A stretch of DNA of 64,000 nt from an uncultured Pseudobdellovibrionaceae bacterium (GCA_963803705.1 CAWDNU010000004.1:480001-544000), one strand, 5' to 3'; shown: positions 19,906 to 29,895, numbered from the stretch's first letter. Numbers and translations are program-made. Notes: a model not told the origin generated them from the letters alone.

Positions 19906-21765
19906 CTAAATCGTTTTAGTAAGACTCAACATCCAAGAAAATGGTTGGCGCTGAAACCCCTCGTCCCATATCTTCTTATCGTTAAAAAGGTTATTCAACT
20001 GTAAAGTTATTCGATCAGTTGTATCAAGGTGGTACGAAACCTGAGCCTGACTTTGGACTAGGTTGCCAATTTGTTTGCCTGATGGATTATACATCCCTAA
20101 AAGCCACTTCACATTTATTCCAACATCAAAAATTTGACCTACTATCCGGGTCGCTGCACTGGAACCTAAACCCAACTCTTGCTTAGCCAACCAAGGCAGC
20201 TGACGTAAAGTTTCTTCGGTGTCAAATGACTGTCTAAAAAATGCGTGGGACTGAAATTGTGAAGCGTCTATGTTGTAGCTAAATATAAAACTATTTGAGT
20301 TCAAACGACCTATATTTTCATACTTTGATAAGCCAGTATTTGCCTGAGTAAAGACGACTCGCGAATCTATATTTTCGAAAAAATATTGCAAAGAAATATT
20401 ATGTTTCAAATTCTTACTCTTTAAAACTATGAACGTCTCGGGTCTGATGTAAAATAACTTTTCGCTAGTTAGATTTAAATTCCCAAACTCTGGATCAAAA
20501 AGCTGGAAAAAACTGGGCCGCCTTTGCTTTAACCCTAAATTAATTTTTGCTTTGCCTTTAGCTTTTGCAAAGCTAAAAACATTGGAACCGAAAGTTTGCA
20601 CCAAGCCAAAATTTTGATCAAAGCCATCTAAAATATTTAAGCTTGCACTTGTAGTTCCGACAACTGAACCAAAATTAATTTTTTGATCAAGCTGAACACC
20701 TGATTCGAACTTAGAAAGGCTAAACCTATTTTGATTTCCGCTAACTAACGCCAATTGACTAGTGTCTAAATTTACACTTTGACCATACCAGTAAATGTCC
20801 AGATCAGTTAAAAAAGACTTTCTACTTTTGTAGATGTTGTGAGCTGCTCGAACTTTTGAACGATAGACTCTATAAGCTTCTTTTCTTATTGTGGGATTGG
20901 TTAGATCAGGGTCATTATCTATATCACGATCAATATAAGTATTTTCAAAAAAAAATTCCTGCCGATTCAATAGATATGAAATTCCTAGAAAGTAATTGTT
21001 GTTTTTGAGTTTCGCATTTGGATCGTCGCGAATTAAAAACTCATTGTCGTAATCGTCTATATCGGTTTGTGACAATCGGCTGTGAAATCGTAACTTTATC
21101 ATTTCATTGGCTTTAGTTTGCTTACGCCAGGTAAAAGAAAAGTAGCCTACATGGGCATTGTCAGACTCTAGTCCACCTGAATTTCCATTTGAATTAGAAG
21201 AGGCACTTTGCCCATCGGCAAAAGTGCCGCCCAAGCCGAAGTTAAAGCACTCTTTACTATCACAGATAATTTTTTGCACCGTTAGTAAACCTTGTCCGAA
21301 AGATCCAAAGGCAGAATGTATATAAGATGATTCGTCATCTGTAGTTTCCACCGAAATTATGCCGCCAGCTTGCCTTGAAAAAAGACCAATCGAGTCCTCA
21401 TTAGAAACTTTAAAATCAAGTTTCGGAGTCATTAAAAAGCTTGAAATATCAAAACCTTCAGCTGGCTCAGTTGGATCCGACACTTCAAAACCATCAAGCA
21501 AGAACACTAAGTCTCCGGCTGTGTAATTGTTAAATCTAAGACTGGTTTTTTGCCCTAATGAACCAAGCTTAGGCATAACCAAACCAGGAACAGTTAAGCT
21601 TAAGTTTTCGGGCTGAAGGGGATTAAGGTTATCCACACTTGTCGCTTTTGATTCGAACTGTGGGTATCCGTAAATTTTGACAGATAAATCTTGAGCATAA
21701 GTGGTAGATGTTAAAAAAGTTAGGTAAAGAAAAAGCCATTTTTTCGAATTAAAAAATAAACCCAT
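19906..21765 (-). CDS. TonB-dependent receptor (BtuB-like, divergent)
   Basis: Signal peptide from ATG 21765; plug motif LVFLLDGFEVSDP; C-terminal NNLFND. Confidence 0.7.
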   Translation of the reverse strand: MGLFFNSKKWLFLYLTFLTSTTYAQDLSVKIYGYPQFESKATSVDNLNPLQPENLSLTVPGLVMPKLGSLGQKTSLRFNNYTAGDLVFLLDGFEVSDPTEPAEGFDISSFLMTPKLDFKVSNEDSIGLFSRQAGGIISVETTDDESSYIHSAFGSFGQGLLTVQKIICDSKECFNFGLGGTFADGQSASSNSNGNSGGLESDNAHVGYFSFTWRKQTKANEMIKLRFHSRLSQTDIDDYDNEFLIRDDPNAKLKNNNYFLGISYLLNRQEFFFENTYIDRDIDNDPDLTNPTIRKEAYRVYRSKVRAAHNIYKSRKSFLTDLDIYWYGQSVNLDTSQLALVSGNQNRFSLSKFESGVQLDQKINFGSVVGTTSASLNILDGFDQNFGLVQTFGSNVFSFAKAKGKAKINLGLKQRRPSFFQLFDPEFGNLNLTSEKLFYIRPETFIVLKSKNLKHNISLQYFFENIDSRVVFTQANTGLSKYENIGRLNSNSFIFSYNIDASQFQSHAFFRQSFDTEETLRQLPWLAKQELGLGSSAATRIVGQIFDVGINVKWLLGMYNPSGKQIGNLVQSQAQVSYHLDTTDRITLQLNNLFNDKKIWDEGFQRQPFSWMLSLTKTI

Positions 21766-21913
21766 CGATAACCCTTGGAAAATACAAAAAAAATTAAGAT
21801 TTTTTAGTAGTAATTTATAAAATATATTAAGATCTAAGAACATTGCAGAAGATAGGTTTTCAGTCACTTCTATTCTTAAATAAGACTTTAAAATTAGGGC
21901 TTTTAAATAACAA

Positions 21914-21944
21914 AAAACCCCTGTTTTGTTCAAACTGGGGTTTT
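21914..21944 (-). terminator. Intrinsic terminator
   Basis: AAAACCCC...GGGGTTTT stem with a U-tract on the minus strand. Confidence 0.65.
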
Positions 21945-21978
21945 CTAATCAAAACTTATTATTTTAAATTTAGTTCAC

Positions 21979-23061
21979 TTACCTTTTAGGTTTAGCTTTA
22001 AACATTGGAACTGACGGGCGACCAACACCATTGGTTGATTCCGTATTGGTGTTGGTAGGCGTTGGCGTCACTGTTTCACCAAAGTAATTTGGATCATAAA
22101 CATTCACGTCAGTCGGCGGAGATGTCGGCTGGCCAGGCATTGGGTCGCACTGAGCGCCTTCGCCTCCACAGTTTACGCCTGTTCCTGGCACCACTGGATC
22201 TCGTCCAACACCGGTGGTTGGTTCAGGAACTTCGCCAGGCTTTTTCTTATTATTTCTTTTGTTCTTTCTCATCATAATAATCAAAAGAAACGCCAGACCC
22301 ATCACACCCGCTATGATCGGCCCCATATTATTCTTATTAAAAAATCCAGTGCCCGCTTTTTTTACAGCAATAGGCATATTAGAACAAATATTAGCTGGTA
22401 AATTACACTGCTTAACTTGATCAGTCTGACACATCTCTTCAGCTGACCTTTTATCGGGGGGATTCTGTTGAAGACTACTTGTAATTGTTTGAGCTAAAAT
22501 ATCGCATTCACCTGAAACCGCTGTGATTGGTGTTTCAGTGATCACAGGGGTAGAAGGTGCAGCCTCCTGGAATTTTCCGGCAAAAGCGCTCTTAAAGCCT
22601 AGCATTTCAAGTAAAGACACATTCTTTCCAGAAAGACCAGCCACTAAAGACAGGATTAATTTGTTACTTACGTTATTGATATTTCGAAATTCATTTTCAT
22701 GAATTCTTATACCGTTGGCATAAAAGACTGTTTTATCTTTTTCCTGAGTAACTCTGATAAAAACTTTTGAATCGCCCACTCTGAAGTACACATAGTTGTT
22801 AGCCACTTTAGCAGCTTGAAACCACTTTCGGCCTTGAGCGCCCTTAGTCTGCTGAAGAGCATTATCGTAAAAACTTACAGGTAAGTCTTTTTCCATCATG
22901 ACAATCAACTTACGTAGGCTTTTCTTCTTTGAAGAACTATTTATATAGTTTTTCACTCGGTTAAAGCTTTGGGTGGAATCAGTTCTGGCTAAAACTGGTG
23001 TGGTTAGCGCCAAACTGTAACTTACAACAACAAGAACTGCATTTTTTATTAGATGTCTCAT
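21979..23061 (-). CDS. Exported protein with one TM helix and a Pro/Thr-rich tail
   Basis: Signal peptide; Cys cluster; TM helix followed by a basic stop-transfer segment; P/T-rich C-terminus. Confidence 0.7.
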   Translation of the reverse strand: MRHLIKNAVLVVVSYSLALTTPVLARTDSTQSFNRVKNYINSSSKKKSLRKLIVMMEKDLPVSFYDNALQQTKGAQGRKWFQAAKVANNYVYFRVGDSKVFIRVTQEKDKTVFYANGIRIHENEFRNINNVSNKLILSLVAGLSGKNVSLLEMLGFKSAFAGKFQEAAPSTPVITETPITAVSGECDILAQTITSSLQQNPPDKRSAEEMCQTDQVKQCNLPANICSNMPIAVKKAGTGFFNKNNMGPIIAGVMGLAFLLIIMMRKNKRNNKKKPGEVPEPTTGVGRDPVVPGTGVNCGGEGAQCDPMPGQPTSPPTDVNVYDPNYFGETVTPTPTNTNTESTNGVGRPSVPMFKAKPKR

Positions 23062-23068
23062 GTTTAGA

Positions 23069-23096
23069 TTTTCGGCCGTTCAAAAACAAAGCTTTA
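23069..23096 (-). promoter_or_regulatory. Putative sigma28 (FliA) promoter
   Basis: Minus strand reads TAAA-N16-GCCGAAAA, ending 7 nt before the ATG at 23061. Confidence 0.5.
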
Positions 23097-23161
23097 GCTT
23101 AACAGTGTGTCATTTAGGTCCAGTTTTAAAGTGTTATCAAAATGATGCGTTCTAAGGATGT

Positions 23162-23453
23162 AGACCAGTTTAATTGGTGCTTATTTCTTTTAGGTCTATT
23201 TACTTTAAGTTTTTATCAATCAATGATTCATTTAAGTTTAAAGCTAACTTTGATCCAAAAATGCTCAATCATACATTGGTACGTGGCCTTGCAAAACTAG
23301 GTTCAGGCCTTTTTGGTTCTCATCCATGCAAGACCAAGCGCCAAAGAGCTCGATTTTTGGATCAAAGTTAGCTTTAAACTTAAATGAATCATTGATTGAT
23401 AAAAACTTAAAGTAAATAGACCTAAAAGAAATAAGCACCAATTAAATTGATCT
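23162..23453. repeat. Long inverted repeat; perfect 94-bp arms at 23169-23262 and 23353-23446 with an imperfect inner stem
   Basis: Arms are exact reverse complements; the right arm includes the glpK stop codon. Confidence 0.95.
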
Positions 23454-24917
23454 CAGGGCAGCGATAGCCCTATCCCATTTTTGCCTTTTTGCATTCGCCC
23501 AGGCTTTCGTCTTAAGTGGCTTGAACTCTTTTTTATTCTTTAAAACTAAGCTCTTTATTTTTTTATCAGACCAAAAACCGACTCCTAAGCCACTCATTAA
23601 AGCCGCTCCTAAGACCGTTGTCTCAATCCATTCAGGGCGGTGAACATTTTTTTGCAATAAGTCTGATTGAAGCTGCATCAATAGCTCATTACTTACCGCT
23701 CCCCCATCTACACTTAATTGCTTTAAGCGCTTGCCAGAGTCCTTCTGCATGGCCTCTAGTATCACGGTATTTTGCATCGCCATTGACTCTAGCGTAGCAT
23801 AAGACAATTCCGCTTGGCCGTCACCGCGGGTCAATCCGAAGAAAGCAGCTTTAACATCCGGATCCCAATAAGGTGCGCCCAAACCTGAAAACGCTGGCAC
23901 ACACAAAACTTCTGAATTTGGATTCGCTTTTAGTGCCAAAGCTTCTACATCCTCAGATTTTTTAAAAAATTTAAGTTGATCCCTTAAAAATTGCACAGCT
24001 GCGCCGCAGATAAAAGCACCGCCTTCCAAAGCATATATAGGAAGTTGACCCTCGATCTGCCAAGCGACAGTTGTCAAAATTTTGTTTTTGGATGACTTTA
24101 ACTGTTCACCAATATTCATTAAAATGAAACTGCCCGTGCCAAAAGTGCATTTTGCTTCGCCGGGCAAAAGAGCTCCTTGACCAAACAAAGCTGCCTGCTG
24201 ATCACCTAGCACTCCATGGATGGGTAGACCATCTGGAAGGTAAGGAAAGTTCTTGGTCACTCCAAACAAAGAGTTAGATTTAAGTATCTTGGGCAAATAA
24301 GATTCATTAATTTTAAAAAATTTAAGTAAGCTTTTATCCCACTCCATAGTCTTTAAATTCATCAATTGAGTTCTAGAAGCATTGGTAACATCTGTCACAA
24401 AACTTTGGCCAGATGTTAGGTGCCAGATTAAAAAAGAGTCGATAGTGCCTAAATAGCTTCCTTTTGTATGCTTGCTGTTTTGGATCAACCACCGCATTTT
24501 ACTACTAGAAAAGTAAGGATCTACTACTAATCCTGTTGTTTTAAAAATCTTGCTAGCCACTTGCTTATTACGTTTTAGCTTTTCAGTGAATTTTGATGTG
24601 CGACGACACTGCCAAACAATTGCGTTGTAATTAGGAACATTGGTTTTAGGATTCCAGCTAACCACTGTTTCTCTTTGATTAGTAATACCTACAGATGCGA
24701 TGTCGTCGACATTTATTAAGCTTTCTTCTAAGGCTTGTTTTAAAGCTGCTTTCACTGACTCTAAAATATCGTTTGGATTGTGCTCAACCCAACCTGGTTT
24801 TGGGTAAATCTGCGAAAATTCAGAATAGCCTTTACCTAACGCCTGCGCTTCAGAATTAAAAACAACAACTGTAGAACCAGTTGTGCCCTGATCTATTGAT
24901 AAAATGTATTTCTTCAT
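23442..24917 (-). CDS. glpK: Glycerol kinase
   Basis: IDQGTTGS; GITNQRET; AIVWQCRR; GDQQAALFGQ; KCTFGTG. Confidence 0.96.
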   Translation of the reverse strand: MKKYILSIDQGTTGSTVVVFNSEAQALGKGYSEFSQIYPKPGWVEHNPNDILESVKAALKQALEESLINVDDIASVGITNQRETVVSWNPKTNVPNYNAIVWQCRRTSKFTEKLKRNKQVASKIFKTTGLVVDPYFSSSKMRWLIQNSKHTKGSYLGTIDSFLIWHLTSGQSFVTDVTNASRTQLMNLKTMEWDKSLLKFFKINESYLPKILKSNSLFGVTKNFPYLPDGLPIHGVLGDQQAALFGQGALLPGEAKCTFGTGSFILMNIGEQLKSSKNKILTTVAWQIEGQLPIYALEGGAFICGAAVQFLRDQLKFFKKSEDVEALALKANPNSEVLCVPAFSGLGAPYWDPDVKAAFFGLTRGDGQAELSYATLESMAMQNTVILEAMQKDSGKRLKQLSVDGGAVSNELLMQLQSDLLQKNVHRPEWIETTVLGAALMSGLGVGFWSDKKIKSLVLKNKKEFKPLKTKAWANAKRQKWDRAIAALRSI

Positions 24918-24941
24918 GAATTTTATAATAGACTTTAAAGA

Positions 24942-25154
24942 CTAATTATCAATAAGGTCTGCGGCAATTGCATTGATCACTGAAGACCATTTCCGAATCA
25001 CCAGACCTTGCTCATCAGCTGTAGCTCCTTGGCCGATCATTAGACCAATAATTTGCGAGGCAAGCAGGGTAACGACAGTAAGTAGTAAAACGTACTCTAT
25101 GATCAGTTGACCTTCTTGGCCATCTTTCACTGATTTTTTAGGTGAATCATCCAA
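24942..25154 (-). CDS. Flp/TadE-type pilin
   Basis: G|QLIIEY prepilin motif followed by a hydrophobic helix; start probably TTG at 25154 (uncertain). Confidence 0.7.
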   Translation of the reverse strand: MDDSPKKSVKDGQEGQLIIEYVLLLTVVTLLASQIIGLMIGQGATADEQGLVIRKWSSVINAIAADLIDN

Positions 25155-25240
25155 GTGGTCTAAAAAACCTATCTTCGATAAAATGCACTTAATTTCAGGA
25201 CGATTTTGACAACCAGACAAGATCAACCTAACAATGGACA

Positions 25241-25912
25241 ATGCCTTTAGATAAATCACCCTGGAAGACTCCTTTTCGCTTTATGAAATTGGCGGCTATT
25301 TTTCTTATCGGTATTCTGCTTGTCGGAGTTTATATTCAAACCCATCAGCTATCCCTTGATCCAGGCCAAGATGGACTAAACACCAGAACAATCAACAATC
25401 CACAGATTATTGAAGGAAAACAGTCAATAGATAAAAAATATAGCAAAATTACAGATCAAGCTTTTCAATTTCGAATCACCGAGTTTGACAGCTTTAAGCT
25501 TTTGAAAACAGAAGTCCCTAATATTTTAGAACACTTAAATTCAAAACCTCTAATTATTTTTTTCTGGGCTACCTGGTGCAAAAACTGTAAAGCACAAGTA
25601 AATAATCTTAGTGCGTTTAATAAAAGAAATTCAGAAAAATTTAACGTTTTATCTGTAAATATCGAAGAGAAGCCCCACCAGGCTAAAATCAAAAAATACT
25701 GGTTGTCCTTAAAGTCTGGGATACCTCTTGTCATTGATAAAGAGCGAAAGTCAGTTAAGGCCTTCAAGATTGACGTGCTGCCAACTGCTGCTCTTGTTAG
25801 TCCAGCAAGCGATTACTTGATGAAAGTAGACGGTCCCATTGATTGGACCGGCAAAAAGTTTAATAATAAACTAAACAAATATTTTAAGGACCTAAAGCAA
25901 AAAGGAATTTAA
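25241..25912 (+). CDS. TlpA/ResA-family thiol-disulfide oxidoreductase
   Basis: N-terminal TM helix; FWATWCKNC; cis-Pro LPT. Confidence 0.85.
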   Translation: MPLDKSPWKTPFRFMKLAAIFLIGILLVGVYIQTHQLSLDPGQDGLNTRTINNPQIIEGKQSIDKKYSKITDQAFQFRITEFDSFKLLKTEVPNILEHLNSKPLIIFFWATWCKNCKAQVNNLSAFNKRNSEKFNVLSVNIEEKPHQAKIKKYWLSLKSGIPLVIDKERKSVKAFKIDVLPTAALVSPASDYLMKVDGPIDWTGKKFNNKLNKYFKDLKQKGI

Positions 25913-27219
25913 TGTCACTTTCACCTTCTGCTTGGTTGATAAATAAAAAACATATAAGAGCCAATTTCATCTCTGGTTTCATCGTGTTCTTAATAGCTCT
26001 TCCCTTGTCTATAGGAGTCAGTATCGCTTCAGGCGCACCTGCATCTGCAGGTCTTATCGCTGCAACTGTTGGTGGAATTATCGGCTCTGCAATCAGTGGA
26101 AGCTATGTGACTATTTCTGGCCCAGCGGCTGGACTTATTGTTGTAATTTTGGAATCAATCCACACGCTTGGTAACGGGAATAATCTTTTAGGCTTCAGAC
26201 TTACGCTCGCTGCAATTGTTTTTGCTGGTTTAATTCAAGTTTTATTAGGCATGGTTAAAGCTGGGACCTTAGCGCTTCTAGTTCCGCGTAGCGTTGTGCA
26301 GGGTATGTTAAGTTCAATTGGGTTTATTATAGTGACTAAACAAATTTATATTTTAGTAGGCGCTCCTGTTGATTCAACTTCTGTCTTGGTCCAATTTTTT
26401 AAAATTCCTACAACTGCTTTACTAAATTTTAACACAGCAGCTTTAATAGTTGGAACTTTCTGTTTCATCCTACTTTTAGTCTTCAGAAAATTACCCAAGG
26501 TTAATAAATTTCTTCCAGGACCTTTAGCTGCGATATCCGTAGGTGTTATAATTTCACAGATACTTAATGGATATCCTGATTGGTTTCTACATTCTTTTAA
26601 TTTATCAATAAAATTAGAACCCCAATCTTTTCTAACTGTACCCTCAACTATAGATGGATTTTTCAATCATCCATTATTTGAAAACTTGTTAAGCTATAAT
26701 TTTTTATTTTCTGTTCTAGCTATTACATTAGTGGCTTCTATCGAATCAGTTATAAGCACCTCAGCTGTAGATGATTTAGATCCAATTCACAGAAAATCAG
26801 ACCTAAACAAAGATTTAATATCTAAAGGATTTTGTAATATGATTCTTGGGTTAATTGGTGGTATCCCCGTGATATCTGAGATAGTCCGAAGCTCCGTGAA
26901 TATCGAAAATGGCGCAACCTCTAGACTATCTAATTTTTTTCACGGCTTTTTCATTTTGATTTTTGTTTTACTAGGTTCTGATTTTCTAAATCAAATTCCT
27001 TTATCCGCATTTGCCGCAATTTTGATATATGTTGGTATAAAACTTATAAACTTCGAACAGATTAAAAAAACTTTTAATGGAAATTACAGATCGATCGTAA
27101 TATTTTGCGCAACTTCAATTACGATCTTGGCAACCGATTTGCTAATAGGAATTATATGCGGCTCTGTTCTTGGCTTCATTTTAAATCACTTCAACAACAA
27201 AAAAGTTGAAGCTATTTAA
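25912..27219 (+). CDS. SulP/SLC26 anion permease lacking a STAS domain
   Basis: ALPLSIGVSIASG; ISGPAAGL; SEIVRSSVN. Confidence 0.88.
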   Translation: MSLSPSAWLINKKHIRANFISGFIVFLIALPLSIGVSIASGAPASAGLIAATVGGIIGSAISGSYVTISGPAAGLIVVILESIHTLGNGNNLLGFRLTLAAIVFAGLIQVLLGMVKAGTLALLVPRSVVQGMLSSIGFIIVTKQIYILVGAPVDSTSVLVQFFKIPTTALLNFNTAALIVGTFCFILLLVFRKLPKVNKFLPGPLAAISVGVIISQILNGYPDWFLHSFNLSIKLEPQSFLTVPSTIDGFFNHPLFENLLSYNFLFSVLAITLVASIESVISTSAVDDLDPIHRKSDLNKDLISKGFCNMILGLIGGIPVISEIVRSSVNIENGATSRLSNFFHGFFILIFVLLGSDFLNQIPLSAFAAILIYVGIKLINFEQIKKTFNGNYRSIVIFCATSITILATDLLIGIICGSVLGFILNHFNNKKVEAI

Positions 27220-27230
27220 AAAAATTAAAC

Positions 27231-27563
27231 CTAAAAACAAAGAGCGAAGTTGCATCGTCCATCATATACATCGTGATGCAAAGTGCATTCTTGGCCGGTA
27301 CTGGAATCAAGTAATGTCAAACTGTACGAAGAGTAGTCCGTCATATCAATTGTTGAAGGCTCACCAGCATCCACTGAATCACTTAAACTTTTAAACATTT
27401 TTCCAAATTGCACATAATCATCTTCAGGATAATCATCTCCTGTACACACCTCACCGCTAAATTGTGCCAAGGCATCTTCTATATCTTCAACGACCTGTTG
27501 ATTAGCAAAACAAAAGAAAGAGAAAAGAAGAATTAAGATCGCACTAAAAAATTTTGAAAACAT
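27231..27563 (-). CDS. Small acidic secreted protein
   Basis: Signal peptide; Cys-containing; RBS GGAG. Confidence 0.7.
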   Translation of the reverse strand: MFSKFFSAILILLFSFFCFANQQVVEDIEDALAQFSGEVCTGDDYPEDDYVQFGKMFKSLSDSVDAGEPSTIDMTDYSSYSLTLLDSSTGQECTLHHDVYDGRCNFALCF

Positions 27564-27739
27564 AAAGGCTCCAAGTTAAAGGTTTAGGTCACTACTAGTG
27601 AATACTCTTATATCAAATTAGATTCTATGTAAAATGCAAAAAATGCCACAAAGAGCTTCAGGCCTGGCACATTGAGGTTAGAAGACTTCCAGTCATTTAA
27701 AAACTTTAACATCCCAAATAATATTCAAATTGTTAGGTT

Positions 27740-29167
27740 TTAGTTAAGAAAGCCTATCCACTTTTCAGCACTACTTTTATGGTTTTTAAAGTCCTTTGCC
27801 TTGGAAAAATATTTTATAGCTTTTGATTTTTCCTGATTAAAGAAAGAAGCTAAACCTAATCCCATAAAAGCCTGGCCCGCCTGCTTTTTAAGATTACCTT
27901 TTTTAAGTGCTTGCGAAAAAGACTTTTGGGCTTTGCTCCAACTCTCCATTTCTAAGTAGACCTGACCTAGCATCAGATCAATTTTTCCGTCTTTTGAAAA
28001 TTCGCTAGCTTTTTCATAAGCCTGGACAGCCTTGGCAAAATCTTTAGATGCAAACCAATAGCCTGCTAAGCTTTCATAGGTGCTTTTTTGTTCTTTAACT
28101 TTTTTAGCGCTGATAGCTTTCTCTAATTCCGCGGCCGCTTTGAAAGGGACTTCCGAAGCTTGAAGCAAACCCACTCTAGTTAAGATTTCAGACTCGTTTT
28201 TAACATGACCTAATTTAACAGCTAATTCGTACTGGGTAAGTGCTTCAAAGGTTTTGTTCTGTTCAAATAACACTGCTACCAAGCCCATCCAGTAACTTTT
28301 ATTGCTTTGTCTGACTTCGACTAAATTTCTAAAGTGTTTTTCTGCTATTTTAAAGCTTTTGTTTTTAGAATGTATATTAGCTGCTAAATAAATCCAGGGC
28401 TCTTGAGGTTTCTTTGTCATAGTAAGGGCTTTGTCAATTGCCTCTTGCGCTTCTTTAAAATCTTCTAGCTGAAAGTTGATTGCAGATAACATTACTAGAG
28501 GAACTGATGATTTCGGCGCTATCTCGATATATTTTAATACGTTTTTTTTTGACTCAATATAATTTTTTGACACCATTTGAATCTGCGCCAACTGAAGCAA
28601 GGCCTCGTAGCTTTCATTATAACTAAGTTCATCGAGCTCTAAGGCGTCTTTAACAAAAAGCTCGGCTAGGTCGTTTTTTTCTTGGGCAGAGTATGCTTTG
28701 CTCATCAAAACCTTGGTCTTAGCCACTTCATACCGAGTCGAACTGTTTCGTTCTACGACTCGTTTCAAAATGTTGACCGCACCTTTAAAGTTTTTAGAAG
28801 TTAAATATTGCTGAGCACGTAAGTGGCGCTTTAAGGTGGCTTCAGATAAATATTGTGACTTTCGAACTTGCCATCTTCTTTTTGTTCTTTGGCCCTCTAA
28901 CTTTAAAGTATCGATTTGTTTTGCAGATAAATTTTGAAGTAGCTTTTTTTCAATTTTTTTTGGCTTACTTGAACCGATCAGGGATTTTTTTTTAGCGTTT
29001 TTCTTTAAAGATTTATTAGCTACCAAATTTTTATTTTTGCTGTTGATCGTTGCTTTAGATTTCGGTGTCCCAAAAGATATTACAGAAAAGCCCACGGTGA
29101 CCATCCACAAAACTGCAAAGAATTTTGCCTTGCCGTTTAAACTATTTTTTTCTAGATAAATAATCAT
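27740..29167 (-). CDS. TPR protein of the TonB operon (TtpD-like)
   Basis: Multiple TPRs; VPFKAA motif; immediately downstream of tonB. Confidence 0.75.
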   Translation of the reverse strand: MIIYLEKNSLNGKAKFFAVLWMVTVGFSVISFGTPKSKATINSKNKNLVANKSLKKNAKKKSLIGSSKPKKIEKKLLQNLSAKQIDTLKLEGQRTKRRWQVRKSQYLSEATLKRHLRAQQYLTSKNFKGAVNILKRVVERNSSTRYEVAKTKVLMSKAYSAQEKNDLAELFVKDALELDELSYNESYEALLQLAQIQMVSKNYIESKKNVLKYIEIAPKSSVPLVMLSAINFQLEDFKEAQEAIDKALTMTKKPQEPWIYLAANIHSKNKSFKIAEKHFRNLVEVRQSNKSYWMGLVAVLFEQNKTFEALTQYELAVKLGHVKNESEILTRVGLLQASEVPFKAAAELEKAISAKKVKEQKSTYESLAGYWFASKDFAKAVQAYEKASEFSKDGKIDLMLGQVYLEMESWSKAQKSFSQALKKGNLKKQAGQAFMGLGLASFFNQEKSKAIKYFSKAKDFKNHKSSAEKWIGFLN

Positions 29168-29232
29168 AATATAGTCTCTTTAAGCATATAAATTCTGTTC
29201 TAAACTCTTTTCACGTGAAGAAATTTATTCAA

Positions 29233-29862
29233 TTAAAAACCAAGGTTAAAAATTTGCATATTTCCTTTTACGCCGATTGGCTTTCCATCGACTTTTTTAG
29301 GTCGATATCTGCTGGCATATAACGCCCTAATCACCGACTGGTCAAAAACCCTTGAGGGTTTAGACTTAACAATCCTAACATTTTCCACAAAACCTTGCTT
29401 GTTTACGTCAAAAATAGCTGTGACAGAACCAGTAATTCCTTCAATCCGAGCTCTCGTAGGTAGTTCTGGTTGAACGGCGACCATTGGGATTAGTGTGGAA
29501 TTTTCTTCGCTGGATCCATATCCATAACTACCACCACCAACGCCAGTCCCAACGCTTGAAGCATCAAATGACTGCGCAAAGGTCTGCATCTTTAAAAGTT
29601 CTTGTTTTTGGGGTTTATTGACGTTTACTTTCGGAGCGTTCGGCGCCTTGACCGGTTCTTTAGGCTTTTCTGGTTTTTGTCTGGAAATATTTTCAACATC
29701 GCGTTCTTTATAATTTCTTAGAAACTGCACATTGATATTTTTTGACTCAGGTTTTTTTAAGTTCGCATCTTGAAAAATCAAAACCCCCATAAATGTAAAC
29801 AAAGCCATCACAATTAAGGGTGCTACTAAAAAAGCGATTTGTTTAGAGTTTACTTTTTTCAT
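29233..29862 (-). CDS. tonB: Energy transducer TonB
   Basis: N-terminal TM helix; KPE/KP-rich linker; C-terminal domain (GSVTAIFDV...FDQSVIRA...RYRP). Confidence 0.9.
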   Translation of the reverse strand: MKKVNSKQIAFLVAPLIVMALFTFMGVLIFQDANLKKPESKNINVQFLRNYKERDVENISRQKPEKPKEPVKAPNAPKVNVNKPQKQELLKMQTFAQSFDASSVGTGVGGGSYGYGSSEENSTLIPMVAVQPELPTRARIEGITGSVTAIFDVNKQGFVENVRIVKSKPSRVFDQSVIRALYASRYRPKKVDGKPIGVKGNMQIFNLGF

Positions 29863-29895
29863 TGAACCTTTACCGTCTTAAAATTTAATATTAAC

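Noticed and set aside
21766..21978. Cobalamin riboswitch upstream of the BtuB-like receptor
   Set aside because: Region is very AT-rich with no B12-box motifs
23174..23371. 65-aa ORF
   Set aside because: Lies entirely within the long inverted repeat and has no protein-like features
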